From: Candidatus Heimdallarchaeota archaeon
GTDB lineage: Archaea; Asgardarchaeota; Heimdallarchaeia; Hodarchaeales; Hodarchaeaceae
Direction of reading: 5' to 3'
NCBI GenBank assembly: GCA_011364965.1
Contig: RDOB01000002.1
Coordinates: 224,001 to 288,000, forward strand
Length of the DNA: 64,000 nucleotides
In this document: one piece after another, positions 58,255 through 64,000 of the stretch
Numbering within the stretch: the stretch's first letter is position 1
Layout of the letters: each line of letters opens with the position of its first letter
Translations under genes and position numbers: made by a program
Notes under the pieces: model-generated
What the model saw: only the letters and a program-made list of their open reading frames with translations
The model's database searches: none
Told to the model about the DNA's origin: nothing

Positions 58255-59157
58255 ATGCATATGACCCTTAACATTAAATTAGAAGAAGATATAGATTTAT
58301 TTACGAAAGTCCTGAATGCTGCAGCTGCAGTACTTGAAGATGAAGGAACTTTTCTTATCACCCCAAGTGATGGGGTTACTTTACGCAATATGGACAAGTC
58401 TCGTTTTGCTATGGTCGATTTAAAAATAAAGCCAAGTTTTTTTAAAGGCAGTTTCAATTGTGACAAGGATTACATTATTACTATTCAAATGCAGGATTTA
58501 AAGAAAATCCTTCAGCGTGCTAGAAAAGACGATACATTGACCCTAGAATTGAATGAAAAGAACGATACACTTAATTTTCTCTTTGAAGGTCCAGTAAAGA
58601 AGAAATTTGTACTTCCTTTGCAAGCTGGGGAAGAAACATCGCTTCCAGATCTAAGTTCGCTTCAACATAGCGCTGAAGCAAAATTAAAAGGTGGAGCTTT
58701 AACAGAATTTATTAAAGATGCAGCAATCATTGGTGGGCATCATCCTGCCGTTAAAATCACAGCTGAAACTGGTAAATTAAAGTTTAGTAGTGCTCATGAT
58801 AAAAAAGAGGTCAGTATTGAGATTACCACTAGTAAGGAAGGTGAATTGCAATCTGATGCCCTTGAGATAGAAGCAGACGGTATTTGTGAGTCACTATATT
58901 CAGTTGATACATTTAAGAATTTGATTCTCGTTGATCAAGCTTTTACCTCCGTTTCACTAGCTTTTAAATCTGATCACCCCTTAAAGTTAGTTTATAATCA
59001 TAATGACGAGTTGATATTAGGCTATCTCCTCGCTCCAATGCAACCTGATGTAGGAACAGAAGAAGAAGAAGATGAATCTGATGAAGCATTATCTGATGAA
59101 GAAGATTGGGACGAAGAAGACGAGGAATTTGAAGATTGGGATGACGACGACGAGTAA
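58255..59157 (+). CDS. pcn: DNA polymerase sliding clamp (PCNA) with long acidic tail
   Basis: MDKSRFAMVDL, LKKILQRA and PLKL...YLLAP; directly upstream of the RFC genes. Confidence 0.93.
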   Translation: MHMTLNIKLEEDIDLFTKVLNAAAAVLEDEGTFLITPSDGVTLRNMDKSRFAMVDLKIKPSFFKGSFNCDKDYIITIQMQDLKKILQRARKDDTLTLELNEKNDTLNFLFEGPVKKKFVLPLQAGEETSLPDLSSLQHSAEAKLKGGALTEFIKDAAIIGGHHPAVKITAETGKLKFSSAHDKKEVSIEITTSKEGELQSDALEIEADGICESLYSVDTFKNLILVDQAFTSVSLAFKSDHPLKLVYNHNDELILGYLLAPMQPDVGTEEEEDESDEALSDEEDWDEEDEEFEDWDDDDE

Positions 59158-59196
59158 AATTTCTAGGGATATCAATCGAATTTCATAGGGGTAAAA

Positions 59197-60183
59197 ATGG
59201 TAACGATAGAGCGAATGTGGACCGAATCATTCCGACCCAAGACACTTAACGAAGTAGTCGGTCAAATTCAAATAATCGAGAGATTAAAACAGTTTGTAAG
59301 AAGGGTAGATTTTCCTCATATGCTTTTCTCTGGCCCTCCAGGAGTTGGTAAAACCACCTGTGCTGAAGCAATCGTAAACGAGATTTATTCAGCCCCTGAT
59401 AGAAGTCGGAACGTGAAAAGACTAAACGCATCTGATGATCGTGGGATTAATGTTGTGAGGGAGGATATAAAGAATTTTGCACGCCTTCTTCCTTCAGGAA
59501 CAGCGAGTTTCAAGTTGATAATCTTAGATGAAGCGGATCAGATGACGAGTGAAGCTCAACATGCTTTAAGACGAACAATGGAAAATTACAACGAAATTGC
59601 TAGATTCATTTTGATCTGTAATTATAGTTCTAAAATTATTAGTCCTATTCAATCTAGATGTGCCATTTTTAGATTCACTAGTCTCGAGAAAGAGGAAATA
59701 AAGCACCGTCTGAAATTTATTGCTACCGAAAAAGGCCTAAAAATTGATAATAATGCATTAGAAGCTTTATTTGAAAGCGGAGAAGGAGATTTGCGTCAAG
59801 CAATTAATGCTCTACAAGCTTCCGCCACTATCAGTACAGATATAACATCAGATATAGTATATCAAGTTCAAGGTTATGTTAAGCCTATAGAAGTGAGAAA
59901 AGCGATAAAAGAATGTTTAAAAGACCCACCCAGTTTTATAAATGCACGAAATCAAATTCAAGCATTAATGGATACATATGGATTATCTGGTCAAGATCTT
60001 GTTAAGCATTTTAATCGAGAATTAACGAGTATGAAAAATGATGAGATCGATCCCCAGATTAGATATTCAGCTCTTTCAATTCTTTCTGAAATCGATTATC
60101 GGCTAGCAATTGGGTGCAATCCTCAAGTTCAATTTGATGCTTTTATAGCAAAATTTATAGCTGAAGCTATCAGAATGGGGTAA
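59197..60183 (+). CDS. rfcS: Replication factor C small subunit
   Basis: WTESFRP, GPPGVGKT, LNASDDRG, LDEAD and SRC. Confidence 0.96.
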   Translation: MVTIERMWTESFRPKTLNEVVGQIQIIERLKQFVRRVDFPHMLFSGPPGVGKTTCAEAIVNEIYSAPDRSRNVKRLNASDDRGINVVREDIKNFARLLPSGTASFKLIILDEADQMTSEAQHALRRTMENYNEIARFILICNYSSKIISPIQSRCAIFRFTSLEKEEIKHRLKFIATEKGLKIDNNALEALFESGEGDLRQAINALQASATISTDITSDIVYQVQGYVKPIEVRKAIKECLKDPPSFINARNQIQALMDTYGLSGQDLVKHFNRELTSMKNDEIDPQIRYSALSILSEIDYRLAIGCNPQVQFDAFIAKFIAEAIRMG

Positions 60184-60188
60184 TCTTT

Positions 60189-61784
60189 GTGGGTTCTTGG
60201 ACCACCAAGCATGCTCCTAAACGGAGATCTGATATTGTTGGTAATGAAGACTCAGTAAATGAGATAATTGCTTATTTAAACAAATTCAGAAATCCTCGCT
60301 TACGAAGTAAACTTACAAAGAAAGCTTTACTCCTGGTTGGTCCTCCAGGCATTGGCAAAACCAGCTCAGTTTTAGCCATAGCTAATGGATTAAATTTTGA
60401 TGTTGTTGCTGTTAATGCAAGTGATAAGAGAAATAAACTTTCTCTGCAAGGATTAAGACACGCATCTCTCTTTGGATCGTTAAAGGAGGAATTGAATGAT
60501 CGAATTATTGGCCAAATTCTCTTAGTAGATGAAATCGATGGATTGAGTGGAACTGCAGATCGCGGGGGTATTCGGGAAATTATTGATATTATTGAAAAAA
60601 CGCGAGTTCCCATGATACTGACTGCTAATGACGTAAGCTCTCAAAAATTCAAATCTTTAATAGATCATTGTACAGTTTGCGAGTTTTATCCTCCTAAAGC
60701 TTCAGATATAGTTGGAATTCTCAGTAGAATTTGTAAAAATGAAAATTTAGACGTATCAAAAGAGGTTCTTATCAAACTTAGCGAGTTAAGCTTATTCGAT
60801 ATTCGAGGTTCGATAAATTCCTTACAATCTTTAGCCAGTGGAAGAAAGAAAGTTAATTTAGAGGATCTTTCTTTAATAGTGACGCGTGACACTTCGATAA
60901 ATATTCGTGAGTTTCTCCACACTTTGTTTGTAGAAGCAAATGGAGATAAGGCTTATCAACAAACAAGAGTCTTAAAAGATGTTGATTACGGAAAATTGCT
61001 ACTAATTTTAAGAGATGTTTCATATCGATTCACTGAACTGGGAAATTATGACCAACTGGCGAATATATATGACTTACTCGCTCGAGCTGACGTTGCTCTT
61101 GCCAGAGCCCAAAGAGAACGTGTTTGGTCTCAACTCGTATATTTTTATGGGATGCTCACAAAAGAATTAGCTGATAGCATCACACCTGCTCCCGAATTTC
61201 CTGCAATTCCTGACTGGAAACTTCAAGTTCCATCATATTGGATTACTCTATCTCGTCAACGGAAAGGATTGGCTATCGCGGCAAAAGTTGGACAGTCATG
61301 CTTAGTTTCAAGAAATGACGCAATAAATTATTATTTTCCCTATTTACGCTATATTTTTAGTTACGGTATTGAGCTTGCTGCGAATTTAGCAATTGAATTT
61401 CAATTATTTGATGTTGAACCCGGCGTTAGGAAAACAAAAATTGTCTGGAATGGAGAGATTGACTATTTTTGTAAAGAAAAAGAGATTAATCGTTTAATAA
61501 AGAATCGAATTAAAGAGTTATATCCACAAGTTCCACGAATTGTTGAAAAGGAAGTAGATTCAGCTATACTAGAAAAAATAAAATCTGAACAAAATCTAAT
61601 CAAGACAGAAAGGCAGAAAATTAAAACCAAAGCCAGAACTAAGAAATCTCGTGAATCTAAACCTATAAAAAACAGACCAGAGAGTGTTTCAAAGCCAAAT
61701 AAGAAAAATTCTTCTAATCAAATAGAAGATTCTCAAAAAAGCACTAAAGAAAGCTCAAAAAAGAGCTTGACAGACTTTTTCTAA
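60189..61784 (+). CDS. rfcL: Replication factor C large subunit
   Basis: WTTKHAP, GPPGIGKT, NASD, DEID, basic tail and terminal PIP-like KKSLTDFF. Confidence 0.94.
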   Translation: MGSWTTKHAPKRRSDIVGNEDSVNEIIAYLNKFRNPRLRSKLTKKALLLVGPPGIGKTSSVLAIANGLNFDVVAVNASDKRNKLSLQGLRHASLFGSLKEELNDRIIGQILLVDEIDGLSGTADRGGIREIIDIIEKTRVPMILTANDVSSQKFKSLIDHCTVCEFYPPKASDIVGILSRICKNENLDVSKEVLIKLSELSLFDIRGSINSLQSLASGRKKVNLEDLSLIVTRDTSINIREFLHTLFVEANGDKAYQQTRVLKDVDYGKLLLILRDVSYRFTELGNYDQLANIYDLLARADVALARAQRERVWSQLVYFYGMLTKELADSITPAPEFPAIPDWKLQVPSYWITLSRQRKGLAIAAKVGQSCLVSRNDAINYYFPYLRYIFSYGIELAANLAIEFQLFDVEPGVRKTKIVWNGEIDYFCKEKEINRLIKNRIKELYPQVPRIVEKEVDSAILEKIKSEQNLIKTERQKIKTKARTKKSRESKPIKNRPESVSKPNKKNSSNQIEDSQKSTKESSKKSLTDFF

Positions 61785-63697
61785 AATTGATCCAATCGGA
61801 ATTTTGTTTTTCGATAAATATATCCTATCTCTGAATCCTGTGCTTCAGTGGCAATGCGTCTGAGCGCATTAATACCAGCAATATCCTCCCCTGTTTCTAT
61901 CATATAGGCAGCTTTTATTAAATAAGTGTCCAAAATTGAAGCTTTTGATCCTGACATCATTGCATATTGCTCTGCAGCTTGTATATATCTTTCTGCATGT
62001 TTAAAATTATCTTTTTCAATAGACATGTATCCCAACTGTAAATTGGCATCGATAGCTATTCTTAGATCCATCAACTCATTTTTACCAAGTTCTAATGATT
62101 TGTGATACCACTTTGCTGACTCATCAAATTCCTCTAGTAACAAATATGTATATCCCAAAGCGAGATAAGTTCGTGCAAGACCGTGAACAGAATTCCATTT
62201 TGTAAGAACCTCTAGAGATCTTTTGAGTATCTTGAGTGCTTCTGTTTCATGATTGTGTAAAGCTAATAATTCTGCTAGATATGCTACATTTAAAGGATTT
62301 ATTTGATCTTTTTGTTGAAATAAAGGTTGAAGAGTAGCAATAGCTTTTGAAAATTCTCCTTGATTTCTATAAAACGTCGCTTCAGTCCGTAAAAATTCAT
62401 TATAAGCTGGAGATCTAAAGAGAACTTCAGGATTAATATCATTTCTTATTAAAAAGAGCTGCTTCGCATTCCCGAAATTTCCTCTAGAAATTTCTATATG
62501 TCCACGCATCCGATGGATGTCTAATAATATCTGACAAAAATAATCTTCAGAAAATTTTACATTTTCTATTGTCTTCTCTGAAATTTGAAGATATTTTTCT
62601 GCCTTTTCCCAAGAATTTAGTCCAATTAATATTTCAGCAAAATTCTTATTCGATTCCAAGAAGAATATAGCTTTCATTTTATGATCAGATGTTCTAATTG
62701 AGGAGTTTAAAAATCTTAAACCCCACTCTTGAGCTTCTTGGTATCTACTTAAATTCTGAAAGAAATGACTTAATTTTTCTTCGGAAAGCATGACAGCCAA
62801 ATTGTTTTTTTGTTTGGCATGAATGTCAATCATAATTGAGAGGTAATCCAGAGTTTCTCGAAATAATCCCTGTGTCCAACTGGCGTGAGATAATTCTGAC
62901 ATGCACTCTGCCATTAAAACTTTATCATCAATTGATCTAGCTGTTTTTTCAGCTCTTTTTAGAAAATAAATCCCCTTAGAAATGGTCTCTGAGTAAAGGC
63001 TTAGTACGGTTCCAACTAGCAAAGCGAATTTTAGAGAAATAGTCTCCTTCTCAACCTCTTGAAGTTTGTGCAAAGCAGTTTCAAAATGAAAGATTGCTTC
63101 TTTAAATTCAGAATTTCGGAATAATGAAATAGCCTGAGAAACAATTTTATTAATAGTTTGATATGCAGATGAAGATGGTTCTGATATCCTATAATTGCCT
63201 TCAACTATTTTAACTAAATTACTAGAAATTTTAAGATATGTTAATAATTGATTATCTCTTTCGGGGGTTAGTCGAGGGTCACGATCTTTCAGTAAAACAC
63301 GAGTTGTTTGTTCAAATCTGCCTGTTTCAATAAAATTCCAAATAATTTTCGCAGAACGAACTTCTGCTTCGTGAGGGTCAATTCCTTTTTCCCGTGCCTT
63401 CATATAAAATTTTTTAAAGATATTAAGGAAATCTTGTTGGAAATTATAACATTCCTCTAAATCTTTCGAATATTGAGCCATGTCTTTTGTAATTACTTTT
63501 GAAAATAATTTACTTTCGAGAAGATAGTAAGTATCTTTATCTAATATACTTCTTAATCTAAAAAATATTTCCTCCTCTCGGTTTTTACTAAAAAAAAGCC
63601 TATCTAGATTACCGAAATAACGGGTTGGTTCACTCTTATAGAAATTAGAGATGAAATCCTCCCAATCATCATTCTGAATCGGATATTCTAAAGACAA
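61781..63697 (-). CDS. Tetratricopeptide repeat protein with N-terminal helical domain
   Basis: MalT-like long TPR units (e.g. LARTYLALGYTY, ANLQLGYM). Confidence 0.8.
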   Translation of the reverse strand: MSLEYPIQNDDWEDFISNFYKSEPTRYFGNLDRLFFSKNREEEIFFRLRSILDKDTYYLLESKLFSKVITKDMAQYSKDLEECYNFQQDFLNIFKKFYMKAREKGIDPHEAEVRSAKIIWNFIETGRFEQTTRVLLKDRDPRLTPERDNQLLTYLKISSNLVKIVEGNYRISEPSSSAYQTINKIVSQAISLFRNSEFKEAIFHFETALHKLQEVEKETISLKFALLVGTVLSLYSETISKGIYFLKRAEKTARSIDDKVLMAECMSELSHASWTQGLFRETLDYLSIMIDIHAKQKNNLAVMLSEEKLSHFFQNLSRYQEAQEWGLRFLNSSIRTSDHKMKAIFFLESNKNFAEILIGLNSWEKAEKYLQISEKTIENVKFSEDYFCQILLDIHRMRGHIEISRGNFGNAKQLFLIRNDINPEVLFRSPAYNEFLRTEATFYRNQGEFSKAIATLQPLFQQKDQINPLNVAYLAELLALHNHETEALKILKRSLEVLTKWNSVHGLARTYLALGYTYLLLEEFDESAKWYHKSLELGKNELMDLRIAIDANLQLGYMSIEKDNFKHAERYIQAAEQYAMMSGSKASILDTYLIKAAYMIETGEDIAGINALRRIATEAQDSEIGYIYRKTKFRLDQF

Positions 63698-64000
63698 TTC
63701 GATTATCTCTTCAAAGTTTTTTTTTGTTCAAAAAACGAATGTATAAACAATTTGAGAGAAAGGATCATATTCTCTGCTTCTAGCCCTAGATAAATATTCC
63801 ATATATTTAATGATTACGAAATTAATTCCTTTCTTCTGTGTCCATCAATTCATCTATTATTAAGATTCCGTGAAAAACTTAAAGATCCCTATTCCCTCCA
63901 ATATCACTAGATTCAATTGATAAGCGCAAAATTTCAATTCTCATTGTTGAATTATATTAACTAAGAAATCTCCTAAACTTAAGTTATGAATCCAACAAGA

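Noticed and set aside
1-64000. CRISPR arrays, tRNA/rRNA genes, transposases/integrases, selenocysteine or pyrrolysine read-through
   Set aside because: By eye, no regular repeat-spacer array, structured GC-rich RNA gene, recombinase motif or conserved gene broken by an in-frame TGA/TAG was found. A tRNAscan/Infernal run would be needed to exclude small RNAs.
63986-64000. ATG AAT CCA ACA AGA at the window edge
   Set aside because: Too short to support a gene call.

Overview
AT-rich (roughly one-third GC), gene-dense archaeal chromosomal segment. Archaeal markers (CarS, Alba, archaeal PurA, archaeal-type HMG-CoA synthase, TFS, PCNA-RFC operon) occur together with two Rab-like small GTPases and a Bet3/V4R-like protein, which points to an Asgard archaeon, probably Heimdallarchaeia (inference). 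Housekeeping content includes an aconitase-aclB-aclA-IDH operon, IorAB, acyl-CoA synthetase and crotonase, PncA/PncB, two cofactor-dependent phosphoglycerate mutases, a lactate permease, a LarA-family protein and a MoxR-DUF58-DUF4129 operon. I saw no tRNA, rRNA, CRISPR array or transposase. The best leads are: (1) an atypical Rab-like GTPase next to a tandem Bet3(TRAPPC3)-like/V4R protein; (2) a highly divergent RtcB-like enzyme with an orphan partner; (3) a divergent ArsR/bactofilin pair, both with SHOCT-like motifs, flanking a perfect 16-bp palindrome; (4) a doubly membrane-anchored vWA protein with a repeat stalk, converging on a MinD-like pseudo-ATPase and a membrane HEPN protein; (5) an HMG-CoA synthase-DUF35 fusion; (6) a 43/44-bp inverted identity between the two gpmA paralogues; (7) a DUF58 gene that appears to start at CTG. 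All family calls come from motif recognition by eye; no searches were run.
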